Below are positions 1 to 9,913 of a DNA stretch of 64,000 bases, piece by piece. Position 1 is the stretch's first letter. Each line of letters starts with the position of its first letter. Both the position numbers and the translations under genes were made by a program. The stretch comes from Fidelibacterota bacterium (GTDB lineage Bacteria > Fidelibacterota > Marinisomatia > Marinisomatales > TCS55), in contig JBHHTW010000004.1 of NCBI GenBank assembly GCA_046861385.1, positions 1 through 64,000 of the forward strand, written 5' to 3'. The notes beneath the pieces are model-generated. The model did no database searches, was not told the DNA's origin, and worked only from the letters and a program-made list of their open reading frames with translations.

Positions 1-309
1 CATGATACTGGCCAACAACCCATACCACTATCCCAAACAAGATTACCAGATTCATTGACTATATAAAAATCGAAATTTCGACCTAAACATGGCATTGAAA
101 TAGAAACATCAAAAAAACTAATATTTTTTTACTTCTAATTTTAGAAATATTGAATCGTTTGTGGAATACCGTAATTTATCTGTCTCTATGGTATATCTTA
201 AGGGTATTCCTTCATAAGTACAGTCTAGCGTACTGGAATTGGAATAATGTTGTGGTGTACTAAGAGAATGGAGAGTAAGTACTAAGAAAATAATTTCTGT
301 TATCTTCAT
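1..309 (-). pseudogene. Frameshifted secreted protein with BsuPI/Ig-like domain, running off the window start
   Basis: The ORF MKITEIIFLVLTLH...TDKLRYSTNDSIFLKLEVK stops right after an A7 run (T7 at 124-130). Removing one base gives NISFFDVSISMPCLGRNFDFYIVNESGNLVWDSG, open to position 1. May be a sequencing error. Confidence 0.5.
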
Positions 310-373
310 TACAAAATCCCTCATTTGTGAAAAATTACAACACTTTCCCCACAAATGAAAATATCATTTTACT

Positions 374-430
374 AACCTTTCAAAGGTTCGCCTGCCCGCC
401 TATTATTTGGTGGGAAACCTTTGAAAGGAT
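374..430. repeat. REP-like palindrome (AACCTTTCAAAGGTT...AACCTTTGAAAGGAT) with a nested GC-rich hairpin
   Basis: Two 15-bp inverted arms at 374-388 and 416-430 flank CCCGCC-N8-GGTGGG. It lies just past the 438 stop codon. Confidence 0.65.
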
Positions 431-437
431 TATTATT

Positions 438-1085
438 TTACAATCCAAAATCCTTCAACACCCAAACACCCCTGTATAACAAATACATACTACCCATTTG
501 AATCACATGATAAATGTCATTGTGATTAAAATGCCTGTGCATTGAAAATCCACTCTGCTGGACAGCCGCACCGGCAAAAGACACAAGAATACTTACGATA
601 ATCCACCCAGTCCCATTACTCTGAAAACGAAGTAATGAATACAACATCAACATAAGTAACAATATCATAGCAGGTATGTAAAATTTAACGACGGTTCCAA
701 AATTATCGTGTCTCGTTATGAATATTAAATAGAGAATGAGTGCTAGAAATGGAAACCACTTCAACCACTCCATTGTTTGATGAGATACGACATGAAATAG
801 TCCGCCCATGAGCATGGTAAACGTGGTTAGTCCGATGCTATAAAGAGCCATCATCCAAAAAAATGAATGAACTCCGCCCGGAAAATGGGGGCCGATACCG
901 TGTGATAATGCACCGAATAATCCCGCGAAACCCATGAATAAAAAAACCAGCATAAAGTAAAGATGGACATCATACATTTTTGTTGTATAGATACCATAAA
1001 GTTCCCTTGCAAAATATAATCCCAGGGCAAATATCAGCAAATCCGTGAATGCTGTCATGGGTTCATAAATAAGCGGTTTATTCAT
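438..1085 (-). CDS. Polytopic membrane protein (DUF6962-like, His-rich)
   Basis: 215 aa, about 7 hydrophobic segments; EPMTAFTD and HFNHNDIYH motifs. Confidence 0.6.
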   Translation of the reverse strand: MNKPLIYEPMTAFTDLLIFALGLYFARELYGIYTTKMYDVHLYFMLVFLFMGFAGLFGALSHGIGPHFPGGVHSFFWMMALYSIGLTTFTMLMGGLFHVVSHQTMEWLKWFPFLALILYLIFITRHDNFGTVVKFYIPAMILLLMLMLYSLLRFQSNGTGWIIVSILVSFAGAAVQQSGFSMHRHFNHNDIYHVIQMGSMYLLYRGVWVLKDFGL

Positions 1086-2472
1086 TGGGACCGCAAGTCC
1101 GTTTTATGGTATGATAAACAATGCGTGTACCCAACATCAGGTTTTCCACGGAGAGCCGTTCATCCACTCCGTGGATTGATTGAATATCCGCTTCTGTTAC
1201 CATAACAGGAAGCAGACCATAGGTATCCACACCTCTTTTCTGGAAAAATTGGGAATCCGTACCACCGATTGTCATAAAGGGCATCACCAATGCATCCGGC
1301 TTTTCCCGCTGAAGTTCATCGGATAGAATATTGAAAAAGTCCGTTTCCCAACTGGATACATGCTTATTATCCGGTATCCTTTTAGGGATGAATTGGACAC
1401 GGTTATCATTGACCACCATTTTTAAATCTTTTAAGAATTCTTCCGGATCAACATGGGGAAGGAGACGTATATCCAATATGGCAGTTGCTTTTTCGGGTAT
1501 AATATTTGTTTTATAACCGGATTCCAATATGGTGAGGGATACAGTGTTTCTTAGCATAGCATTAACCGAAGTACTGGTGTTGGCAACGACTCCTCCTGCT
1601 ACATACTGAATCAATCCAATATCCAGGTTTTTCATGATAAATCCCTGCCCTCCGCCGACCTTCATTCCCATTCGATTAAACATTTCGTCAACAACTGGTG
1701 TAATTTCCAATGGCGTATCCCATCGAACAATTTTTGCCAGCGCTTTGACTAATATTTCGTTGGGATGATCCTTATAAGGCCTCATGCCATGGCCTGACTT
1801 TCCTTCCACAACTATTTCGACCCAAAAGGACTTTTTCTGTGCAACAGCCACAGCGACGGCGCTTACACCGGGAAAAGTATCTCTTGTTCCAATGCCTCCT
1901 TCATCCCATACCCATTCAGGATCCAATTGATTCCAATGATGCTCGATCATCCAGGACGTTCCCAGTTCTCCCAAAATTTCTTCGTCTGCTACCCCTAAAA
2001 ATTTTATGGTGCGTTCCGGTCTCCATCCTTCACGATGGAGTTGAATCATTGCCATAAGTTCCATTATACCCAGACTTTTCATATCCAAAGCGCCACGTCC
2101 ATAAATGAAGCCATTTTTTAGTTCGCCATCAAATGGTTTTTCACTCCAGTAATTTTCATCTACCGGAACTACGTCCATGTGATTGAGAAGCAGCAACGGC
2201 TTCAATTCCGGATTCATTCCGGTTAATTCAGCCAATATATGGATACGTCGCTGATCTTCGGGAACGGAAAAAGTTTCGAATGGAATACCCTCATCCTTAA
2301 AAATATCACCAAACCATTTTACAGCTCTTCTTACATCACCCGGTGGATTGCTCGTATCAATGCGTAAATATTGCCGAAAAAGTTCGATTGTTTCAATACC
2401 GATCCTTTCCCAATTGGGTTCCCCTTTTATTATCGATAAAGAGATAAATAGTAATAAGATTTTTCGATTCAT
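1078..2472 (-). CDS. M20/M25/M40 family metallopeptidase (aminoacylase-like) with signal peptide
   Basis: HMDVVP, GRGALDMK, ADEE, GGTDS and HGVDE motifs. Confidence 0.9.
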   Translation of the reverse strand: MNRKILLLFISLSIIKGEPNWERIGIETIELFRQYLRIDTSNPPGDVRRAVKWFGDIFKDEGIPFETFSVPEDQRRIHILAELTGMNPELKPLLLLNHMDVVPVDENYWSEKPFDGELKNGFIYGRGALDMKSLGIMELMAMIQLHREGWRPERTIKFLGVADEEILGELGTSWMIEHHWNQLDPEWVWDEGGIGTRDTFPGVSAVAVAVAQKKSFWVEIVVEGKSGHGMRPYKDHPNEILVKALAKIVRWDTPLEITPVVDEMFNRMGMKVGGGQGFIMKNLDIGLIQYVAGGVVANTSTSVNAMLRNTVSLTILESGYKTNIIPEKATAILDIRLLPHVDPEEFLKDLKMVVNDNRVQFIPKRIPDNKHVSSWETDFFNILSDELQREKPDALVMPFMTIGGTDSQFFQKRGVDTYGLLPVMVTEADIQSIHGVDERLSVENLMLGTRIVYHTIKRTCGPNE

Positions 2473-2618
2473 TAATATTCCATAATAATACGGATGAGTG
2501 GAAACATGTCGAGTAATGGGATCAGATATTTAATTGATATGAATTTAAAACGATTTAGGATACCATAACCTCTCCAATATCCGTCGAAAAATTAGTTTTT
2601 GCATTTCCCCAAGTAAGA

Positions 2619-3443
2619 TCAACCATATTTTTTTAATATTTCTTCCCATTCGGCTATTTCCCCAATTTTACGCCTCTTTTTCATTCCATTGATGATTATT
2701 TTGCATTTCTCGACTAGTATATTCCTTGTGGCTTTTTGTTGTGTTTCATTCACCTCGTCAGATTCCAGCATTTTCTCTAATGCTCTCACACGAAACCGAT
2801 CCATTCCCCAATGTTTTTTGGAAAGCTGATCTTTATGACCACCATATTTCACAATCAACGGTTCATCCACAAATAAAACCGGATATTTAGCACAAATTCG
2901 AAGCCATAAATCATAATCTTCGCACACATCCAGCGATTCATCAAAATTGCCTACAGTATCAAAAACAGATTGATGAATCATTACAGATGACGGAGAAATC
3001 ACACAAAGTGGCAAACATTTATTGTAAATCCATCCACCAAATTTCTGATGCTTTTTCATGGGGTTTACCCGTTTTCCATTTCGAACCCAAATTTCTTCCG
3101 TATGGCAAACCAATTTGTTGTTGTTGCAAATAGCTGACCATTGTTTTTCTAACTTGTTTGGCAGCCATTCATCATCAGAATCCAGAAATGCAATCCACTT
3201 ACCACCGGCTTTTTCAATTCCCTTATTTCGAGCTGCGCTGACACCCCGATTCTCCTGATCAACAATAACTAATCCGGGATAATTGTCTAAAACGGCTTGA
3301 GTATCATCCGTAGAACCATCGTTGATAACAATAATTTCCTTTGGCATTAGCGTCTGTATTGAAATAGAATCCAGCGCTCGCGGCAGTGAATGTGCCCGGT
3401 TATAAGTCGGGATAATGACAGAAATATCAGACTGGTTTTTCAC
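2619..3443 (-). CDS. Glycosyltransferase family 2
   Basis: ISVIIPTYNR, INDGSTD, FLDSDD and EDYDLWLR motifs; probable GTG start at 3443. Confidence 0.9.
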   Translation of the reverse strand: MKNQSDISVIIPTYNRAHSLPRALDSISIQTLMPKEIIVINDGSTDDTQAVLDNYPGLVIVDQENRGVSAARNKGIEKAGGKWIAFLDSDDEWLPNKLEKQWSAICNNNKLVCHTEEIWVRNGKRVNPMKKHQKFGGWIYNKCLPLCVISPSSVMIHQSVFDTVGNFDESLDVCEDYDLWLRICAKYPVLFVDEPLIVKYGGHKDQLSKKHWGMDRFRVRALEKMLESDEVNETQQKATRNILVEKCKIIINGMKKRRKIGEIAEWEEILKKYG

Positions 3444-3621
3444 TATCGCAGTAAATACACTTAGTTCCAACCTGAACATGAAATCCGCATTCCGGACAAT
3501 CCCATTCCTCAATTTCTAAATTTGTATAAGTATCTGATTTCTTATTATGAGCTGATATGAAAATAATTACACCGATCAGGGTAGTAAAAATCAATACTAA
3601 GATAAACAGTGATATATTCAT
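3427..3621 (-). CDS. Small membrane-anchored zinc-ribbon protein
   Basis: N-terminal TM helix, then CPEC...CIYC; overlaps both neighbouring genes. Confidence 0.65.
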   Translation of the reverse strand: MNISLFILVLIFTTLIGVIIFISAHNKKSDTYTNLEIEEWDCPECGFHVQVGTKCIYCDSEKPV

Positions 3622-6062
3622 CAGAATTCCAAAATAATTCCCCCAACAGGGAAAGTTTTAAATTGCCATGCAATGTCAGTGGATCCGTCCTTCAGATAAA
3701 CTGTTTCCCACGGATTATTCCGATTAAAAACATTTATAATATCCCAAAAAGCAATCAAGTTCACTTTTTCATAATTGAAACGCTGTTGAAGCAAAATATC
3801 AAACCGAATGTAATCATCATAGCGCGCGGTATTCCAGGAATCAGTTGAATTCACAAACCACTCTCTTAGGCGATGATCGTATGTCTTCGGTGTATACGGC
3901 CGTCCACCCATATACCGGAATTTGACACCAATCTCATATTCATCCGCTGGTGCAAAAGGTAACCATGAAGTCGCTTTTGCAAAGATTGTCTTTTTATACT
4001 GGTGATACCAATCATAATTAATAAATCGAATTTTATATCCACCCACCACTGTCACAACGTCACCATAATCATAATCCCAAGAATATTTTTTGTTATTTCT
4101 CGGATCGACACCTTCCGAAACAGAATGAGACCAAGCAACGGAACCGTACCAATTATTGGTATATTTTTTCTGAATAAAAAATTCTATTCCTTTCGATTCA
4201 CCTTCACCTATGTTAATTAAATGCCGCCAGTCCAAACTATCTCTTCCATCGGTATCCTGCAAAATATCAAACCCAACCATATCTTCATATTTTTTCGTAT
4301 AAACTTCCACGGTTGCTCTTGTATCGCTGCTTAAATAATATTCAAACCCCGCGACCAATTGGTCTGCAAAATAATTCTTCAATTCTTTTGTATTCCCCCG
4401 AGATGAATTCAAATGAATATTAAAGGGTGATTGGAAATATCGACCGCCTGAAAAATTGATTTTCAAAGTGGGGTTCAGATGGAAAGAAAACCCCAATCGC
4501 GGTGATAAATTACCTTCCCCGGTATAACTGATCTTTTCATATCGCAAACCCGGTGTGATTTCCAATTTGGACCCGGGTTTGATATTTACCTGTGCATAAA
4601 TACCGCCTTTTGTATAGTCCAAAACCGAGTTTGTCACTACTGTATCATAACTTCCAATGGATGCAATGGATTCAAAGCTCAGCGAATCATGACCAAAATA
4701 ATTTTCCCAGAACTCTTCTGCAGATATTTCTGTAATCGGATCGCTTTCAGATAAAGAATATCCGTAGATATTCTGAGGCTCACCCTCCCACCAATTATCA
4801 TAGTCTAAATTGATCGATTTTAAATTAAATCCGAAACTGGTTTCAATTCTTGAATTAAATCTATGTACCATATCGCCCTTTAATGTGGTTTCCCATTCAA
4901 CATCATTTTGACCGTAATACTGATCCTTCAAATTTTCAGACATTATTCGATATACGTTCGTATTCAAACCAACTCGACTTGTACTTAATGAAATAATTCC
5001 ATATCCTTTTGTTGAGTAAAGGTTTTTATACGTCAATCCAAATGTTAATTGATTTGACTGAAAATCAACATTTTCTGCGTTACGGAGTTGTGGATCATTT
5101 TCCCCTTCAATATTTATTTCGTCGATTCCGCCAATCACGTTAATAGACAATTTTTTCCTTGGACTCAAATGATAGGAAATTTTCCCTTGGCTCGTCCAAT
5201 ATTTTGGGATCGCCATTAAACCGGTACTTTGAATTACAAAATCCAGAAACGACCTTTTAAGGGAAAATATGTAAGAACCTTTTTGAGTAAATGGTCCTTC
5301 AAAATTGAATCCAAATCCGGCCATATTAAAATTGAATTCAGATAAATGCTTATCAGAATTCCCATCCCGAAGAGTTACATCCATGACAGATGAAATTTTG
5401 TCTCCATATCTTGCAGGAAATGATCCTGCATAGAAATCTACCCGTTCGATAAGGTCTGTGTCCACCATCGTGATGGGTCCGCCACCTTTACCCTGTTCGG
5501 GAAAATGGTTTGGGTACGGAATTTCAATATGATCCATGATAAATAAATTTTCACCCGGAGCGCCACCCCGAACGATGATTTCATTGGTTTGATCCGCTCC
5601 TGAAATTACAGAAGGCAAACTTTGCATCATCGACATGATATCGTAAGATCCAACAGGATCAGATCGAATCTCCTCAATATCAATGGTTCTGCTGCTGGTT
5701 ATGGCATCCTTGGTTTTTTCAAAATATGTTGCCGTCACTTCAACACTCGCCCCTTCTAACATTTGAGGATGCAGATCAAAATTGACTACGGTATTTCGTC
5801 TAGGAACAATATGAACATTTGCTCGGGACACTGCTCCATAACCAATCATGGATACTGTAATTGTGTAACTGCCCACAGGTAAACCAGGAATATTAAAATA
5901 TCCTTCTAAATCTGTGGCAGTTCCTAACTCAGTATTTTTAATAATGACGTTTGCGCCAATTAAAGGCTGATGTGTGGATGCATCGCGAATGAGTCCAGTT
6001 AATGTACCGGTTGCGCCAAATACACACCCAATTATACTCATATATATTAATATTTTTTTCAT
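3621..6062 (-). CDS. TonB-dependent receptor with N-terminal carboxypeptidase-regulatory-like domain
   Basis: Signal peptide, GTATDLEGYF domain, plug IIVRGG...ENLFIMD, FPARYG, C-terminal aromatic residue (LEF). Confidence 0.9.
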   Translation of the reverse strand: MKKILIYMSIIGCVFGATGTLTGLIRDASTHQPLIGANVIIKNTELGTATDLEGYFNIPGLPVGSYTITVSMIGYGAVSRANVHIVPRRNTVVNFDLHPQMLEGASVEVTATYFEKTKDAITSSRTIDIEEIRSDPVGSYDIMSMMQSLPSVISGADQTNEIIVRGGAPGENLFIMDHIEIPYPNHFPEQGKGGGPITMVDTDLIERVDFYAGSFPARYGDKISSVMDVTLRDGNSDKHLSEFNFNMAGFGFNFEGPFTQKGSYIFSLKRSFLDFVIQSTGLMAIPKYWTSQGKISYHLSPRKKLSINVIGGIDEINIEGENDPQLRNAENVDFQSNQLTFGLTYKNLYSTKGYGIISLSTSRVGLNTNVYRIMSENLKDQYYGQNDVEWETTLKGDMVHRFNSRIETSFGFNLKSINLDYDNWWEGEPQNIYGYSLSESDPITEISAEEFWENYFGHDSLSFESIASIGSYDTVVTNSVLDYTKGGIYAQVNIKPGSKLEITPGLRYEKISYTGEGNLSPRLGFSFHLNPTLKINFSGGRYFQSPFNIHLNSSRGNTKELKNYFADQLVAGFEYYLSSDTRATVEVYTKKYEDMVGFDILQDTDGRDSLDWRHLINIGEGESKGIEFFIQKKYTNNWYGSVAWSHSVSEGVDPRNNKKYSWDYDYGDVVTVVGGYKIRFINYDWYHQYKKTIFAKATSWLPFAPADEYEIGVKFRYMGGRPYTPKTYDHRLREWFVNSTDSWNTARYDDYIRFDILLQQRFNYEKVNLIAFWDIINVFNRNNPWETVYLKDGSTDIAWQFKTFPVGGIILEF

Positions 6063-6074
6063 TTTTTTATTTTC

Positions 6075-7247
6075 CTATTGAATAATTATATCCATTACAT
6101 CCCTGCGTGGGCTGTGTAATACTTCGTCAGCCCTTCCCATTCTGACCAACATTTGAATTGTCTGATCGTTATCAGCAAAGTCATTATGAACTTGTTTATA
6201 TAAATCTGACATTTCCGGGAATTCTTGAAGGGATTGACTCAAAGGCTGCATGCTAATACCCATCGATGAAGCTTTGAGTTGAAATCGAGTATAAAGCATC
6301 CCTGTTTCTACTTGAGTAGTTCGTGAATTATCTTCGGAAATAATCATGGCAAACGTCGGCGCCGTTTGGATATTCCGTGTTTCGGACTTAATCCAGATCT
6401 GACCAATTTTTTCCCAACCTAAAGGAAACATACTTGAAAAAAATTGAACAGCTTTTAGTTTGAATCCACTCAAACCGCCACTCATCATGGTAATACCATC
6501 CCGGTACGCTTTTTTCTCTTTTTCGGAATCACGGAATAGTCTTTCAGTCTCCATCACTTTAAATTCAGTGGTAGCTTCAACTTCTACAGCTTTTATGGTC
6601 AATCGCCGAATTTTCTCTAATGATTCGGTATCATTGAAAAATACCAATGACAGATTCGGATAATCATTCAGCGTTTGCAAAACTGCCATTTCTTCACCAT
6701 TTAAGGATTCGCCGTAATATGCAGTTCGATTGGTGACGCGCTGGAAGATCTCATTATACATTGGATCAACTTTGGGGATTTTTGAAACTTTCGCAAAGCT
6801 TTCAGTTAATGAAACTCGGGCAACGGGTTTATCTTGCATATCACTCTCAAAATTGATGTCACCATATTCACCATTTGGAAATAGTTCCATATTAAATTCG
6901 TATCCAAGATGATTGGCTGCAATTTTCGATGCTTCCAGGAAAGTTCCCTGACTAATGGTAATTTGCCGAGCAGGAGGATCTGTTTCCGGTAGCAATCTTT
7001 CAGAGTCTGTGTAAAGTTCAAATGTTAAACCTTCCGAAGGTTTGGAACCTTCAAAAGGTTCGAATAATTTGATAATCCATGGTTGGGTATTGTGCGCATT
7101 AGGAGCCAATAAACCATGTGCGGCAACCTGAATTCGAATATCCTCAAATTGCTTATAATAACCCGGTTGCCAAGGCTCATAATAGTTTGGTAAATCGATT
7201 GAACAAATGTTCATAAATGATAGAGTAATTATAATTAATACTTTCAT
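6075..7247 (-). CDS. Acg-family FMN-binding nitroreductase-like protein
   Basis: LAPNAHNTQPW, LPETDP..RQ..ISQG, RVTNR, QPLSQSLQE and SPRR motifs. Confidence 0.85.
   Translation of the reverse strand: MKVLIIITLSFMNICSIDLPNYYEPWQPGYYKQFEDIRIQVAAHGLLAPNAHNTQPWIIKLFEPFEGSKPSEGLTFELYTDSERLLPETDPPARQITISQGTFLEASKIAANHLGYEFNMELFPNGEYGDINFESDMQDKPVARVSLTESFAKVSKIPKVDPMYNEIFQRVTNRTAYYGESLNGEEMAVLQTLNDYPNLSLVFFNDTESLEKIRRLTIKAVEVEATTEFKVMETERLFRDSEKEKKAYRDGITMMSGGLSGFKLKAVQFFSSMFPLGWEKIGQIWIKSETRNIQTAPTFAMIISEDNSRTTQVETGMLYTRFQLKASSMGISMQPLSQSLQEFPEMSDLYKQVHNDFADNDQTIQMLVRMGRADEVLHSPRRDVMDIIIQ
6768..6800. repeat. In-frame 33-bp REP-like element in the Acg gene (copy 1)
   Basis: AACTTTGGGGATTTT-TGA-AACTTTCGCAAAGCT; 26/33 identical to the intergenic element at 20809-20841. 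Confidence 0.6.
7028..7060. repeat. In-frame 33-bp REP-like element in the Acg gene (copy 2)
   Basis: AACCTTCCGAAGGTT-TGG-AACCTTCAAAAGGTT; same arm type as 374-430; encodes EPFEGSKPSEGL. Confidence 0.7.
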
Positions 7248-7259
7248 CAAATATTTTCC

Positions 7260-7559
7260 TTATTCCTGATTTAACAATATGCTCAGTCGATCTACATATG
7301 CTTCAAAAGCAGTTCGTCCAAGGTCGGTGATTGAAAAAGTGGTTACCGGTTTTCGATCCACAAATTCCTTAGTAAATGAAACATAATTTACTTCCTCAAG
7401 TTTTCGAATATGGACACTTAGATTTCCATCGCTGGCGTTGATTTTATCTCGGATGTACACAAAAGGAGCCGATTCAACTGACACCAGCAGAGCCATAATG
7501 GCCAAGCGTATTCGAGAGTGGATAATATCATCTAATTGCTGATAATCGAAATCAAGCAT
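7260..7559 (-). CDS. Winged-helix transcriptional regulator (HTH_34, MarR/ArsR-like)
   Basis: LDDIIHSRIRLAIM, DGNLSVHIRKLE and TDLGRTAF motifs. Confidence 0.9.
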   Translation of the reverse strand: MLDFDYQQLDDIIHSRIRLAIMALLVSVESAPFVYIRDKINASDGNLSVHIRKLEEVNYVSFTKEFVDRKPVTTFSITDLGRTAFEAYVDRLSILLNQE

Positions 7560-7562
7560 GGA

Positions 7563-8147
7563 TTAACTACCCCAATTTTTATGAATGATATATCCAGGAA
7601 TTGTTTGAAAGAATATCATCATTCCAGCCATAAATAAAAGATGATAAAGACCCGGGAAAATAAACATAATCACCGCTCCAGCCCACCAGCCAACAGCCAG
7701 GTTTCGTATCCACTTTGCATCATAGAGCACCCCCGAAGTAAAATAACCTACAGCCAGAATGGTACATAAAATAGGTGATAAATATAAAGTACTAAAGGCT
7801 CCGGCCGCTGTGCCGACAAAGCCAATCATTGTCATGGTAATTCCAAGAGAAAGCCACATCATTCCATCCACCTTTTCAGAATAGGTTCTTACAGACCTCT
7901 TCCTTTCTACTCTTTGATTATATATTAATTCGAACAACCATCCACCTATGATAACTAAAACCCAGTGAATCCATTCTGTTATACCATTGATATTAAACCT
8001 AGCCAGAAACCAGCTGACCACCAGGGCAATGGGTATAATGATACCCCAGACCATTAAGTGAATTCCACTGGAACAAACATTTTTTCTACTTTCTTCGATG
8101 ATTTTTTTAATATAAGCCAGATCATCCTGAATTGTTTCTTGTGCCAT
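7563..8147 (-). CDS. Membrane protein of the type usually paired with HTH_34 regulators
   Basis: DLAYIKKIIE amphipathic N-terminus followed by about 6 TM helices. Confidence 0.7.
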   Translation of the reverse strand: MAQETIQDDLAYIKKIIEESRKNVCSSGIHLMVWGIIIPIALVVSWFLARFNINGITEWIHWVLVIIGGWLFELIYNQRVERKRSVRTYSEKVDGMMWLSLGITMTMIGFVGTAAGAFSTLYLSPILCTILAVGYFTSGVLYDAKWIRNLAVGWWAGAVIMFIFPGLYHLLFMAGMMIFFQTIPGYIIHKNWGS

Positions 8148-8165
8148 TTTTTCCTCATCTAATTT

Positions 8166-8190
8166 GTACTTTAATTTATAAAGTACTTTA
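8166..8190. promoter_or_regulatory. Putative operator for the HTH_34 regulator
   Basis: Perfect inverted repeat GTACTTTA-N5-TAAAGTAC (8166-8186), with a further GTACTTTA at 8183-8190, about 20 bp upstream of the operon start. Confidence 0.6.
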
Positions 8191-8232
8191 TTTATATAAC
8201 AATACTTTTTTACAATTTTTCCAATTGAAGAT

Positions 8233-8649
8233 TTAATTTATTGAAATCAGTTGAAGAATAAATATAATAAAGTTGACCAAATGTACCGTGAGACAAATGG
8301 TACATCTGGCATGTAATTTAGTCAGGCCGTATATCAAATAGATTCCGATAATAACTGTGAACAACCCCATTAATAATGGAATGTATACAGGTATAAACAG
8401 GAAAAAGGTTCCGGTTAAGACGGCTGAATAAATGAATAAAAATACAGATCCGCTTAATGCGTTTGGAATGCCGCCAATCCGACCGTAGGAAGTTTCAATA
8501 ATAGAAAGACATGTTTTTTCATCTATATGACAAATGGTTGGCATCCACCGGTCTTTTCCAGAGAAAATATGTCTATAAACACCATAAAAATAAAATGAAA
8601 GAGCCCCGCCGACCAATGCCAACAGGGCTCCAATTAAATAGACAGACAA
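8233..8649 (-). CDS. Vitamin K epoxide reductase (VKOR) family protein
   Basis: Loop Cys pair (ICHIDEKTC), SYG...GIPN and active-site CTIC; 4 TM helices. Confidence 0.8.
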   Translation of the reverse strand: MSVYLIGALLALVGGALSFYFYGVYRHIFSGKDRWMPTICHIDEKTCLSIIETSYGRIGGIPNALSGSVFLFIYSAVLTGTFFLFIPVYIPLLMGLFTVIIGIYLIYGLTKLHARCTICLTVHLVNFIIFILQLISIN

Positions 8650-8656
8650 TGCTAAA

Positions 8657-9088
8657 TCACTGTCTTAATCTGTAACAGCAACCTTCCATAGTATTCAGAA
8701 ATTTATCAACTTGGGTCGATGTGAAGAAGAGTTCATCCATTGGTTCGAATGTATCTACATCATACATGACATCGTCATATTCCCGAAGAAAATTAGATTC
8801 TAATTTTCTTACCATATCCAGCATTACTTGTTTTGGGACGCCTTTACTGCGTAAAAAATTAATTTGAAGGTTTAGTGTACCATGACTTGTCATATGAAAC
8901 AATGGTAGGATACCAAAATCAGAATTACACCTAAATGTTAATGTGCCGTGATCATTACCACGCCCCCAGGTTATTTCATCAGCATTTTTTTCACTGAACT
9001 CAATAATTGATCTACCTACTTTCGCTACTTCACGACTGCAGTTATCCGTCATGTGATCTAAAAACTTTTTTTTTGTCCAACCTGACAT
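8657..9088 (-). CDS. Hypothetical protein
   Basis: Open frame; probable start MSGWTKKKF at 9088. Confidence 0.6.
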   Translation of the reverse strand: MSGWTKKKFLDHMTDNCSREVAKVGRSIIEFSEKNADEITWGRGNDHGTLTFRCNSDFGILPLFHMTSHGTLNLQINFLRSKGVPKQVMLDMVRKLESNFLREYDDVMYDVDTFEPMDELFFTSTQVDKFLNTMEGCCYRLRQ

Positions 9089-9192
9089 ATTATATCTAGT
9101 ACCTTGAATGAAATCTCTTTTTTTTTGATTATTACACGGTATTGAATTTAAAAATATATTATGTTCCTTTAAACAAATCATTGACACTATTT

Positions 9193-9228
9193 AAAAAAAA
9201 ATAGGCCGCAAAAACGACCTATTTTTTT
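9193..9228 (-). terminator. Intrinsic terminator after ahpC
   Basis: On the minus strand, ATAGGTCG-loop-CGGCCTAT followed by a long T run. Confidence 0.75.
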
Positions 9229-9243
9229 CTGTTGAATTGTAAG

Positions 9244-9888
9244 TTATAATTCGTCTGAATGGGTCGAGAGATAACTAGATACACCTTCAGCTGTATCTTT
9301 CATTCCATCATCCCCTTCACTCCAGCCAGCAGGACACACATCACCATGTTTGGTATGGAAATCCAGTGCATCCACCATCCGCAACATCTCATCAATGTTA
9401 CGTCCCAACGGCAAATCATTTATGACTGCATGGCGAATAATTCCTTCTTCATCTATCAAAAAAGAACCACGCAAAGCCACGCTGCCGCCAACAGTTGAAT
9501 CATATTCTTCTTCTTCTGTGATTATTGTTGCCAATTCAGCATCCACCAGAACATCATAAGCTCTGGCGATGGATTTATCAAGATCTGCAATGATTGGATA
9601 CATTACCTGACCGATACCACCATCATTAACGTCCGTGTTTTTCCATGCCCAATGACTATAATGTGAATCTACAGAACAACCTAGCACTTCAACACCTCGA
9701 TTCTTGAACTCTTCCAAGCGATGATTAAAGGCAATTATTTCTGTCGGACATACAAATGTAAAATCCAGCGGATAGAAAAACAGGACGACTTTCTTTCCTG
9801 CGTAATCCTCTAAGCTGATTTCTTTAAATGAATTATCCGGCATAATGGCTGTGGCCTTAAAGCCCGGTGCAGTTTTCGTTACTAACAT
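9244..9888 (-). CDS. ahpC: 2-Cys peroxiredoxin AhpC
   Basis: [20 protein letters not shown] and VCPAGW motifs. Confidence 0.95.
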   Translation of the reverse strand: MLVTKTAPGFKATAIMPDNSFKEISLEDYAGKKVVLFFYPLDFTFVCPTEIIAFNHRLEEFKNRGVEVLGCSVDSHYSHWAWKNTDVNDGGIGQVMYPIIADLDKSIARAYDVLVDAELATIITEEEEYDSTVGGSVALRGSFLIDEEGIIRHAVINDLPLGRNIDEMLRMVDALDFHTKHGDVCPAGWSEGDDGMKDTAEGVSSYLSTHSDEL

Positions 9889-9913
9889 TAATATACTCCT
9901 ATATTTGATTTGA

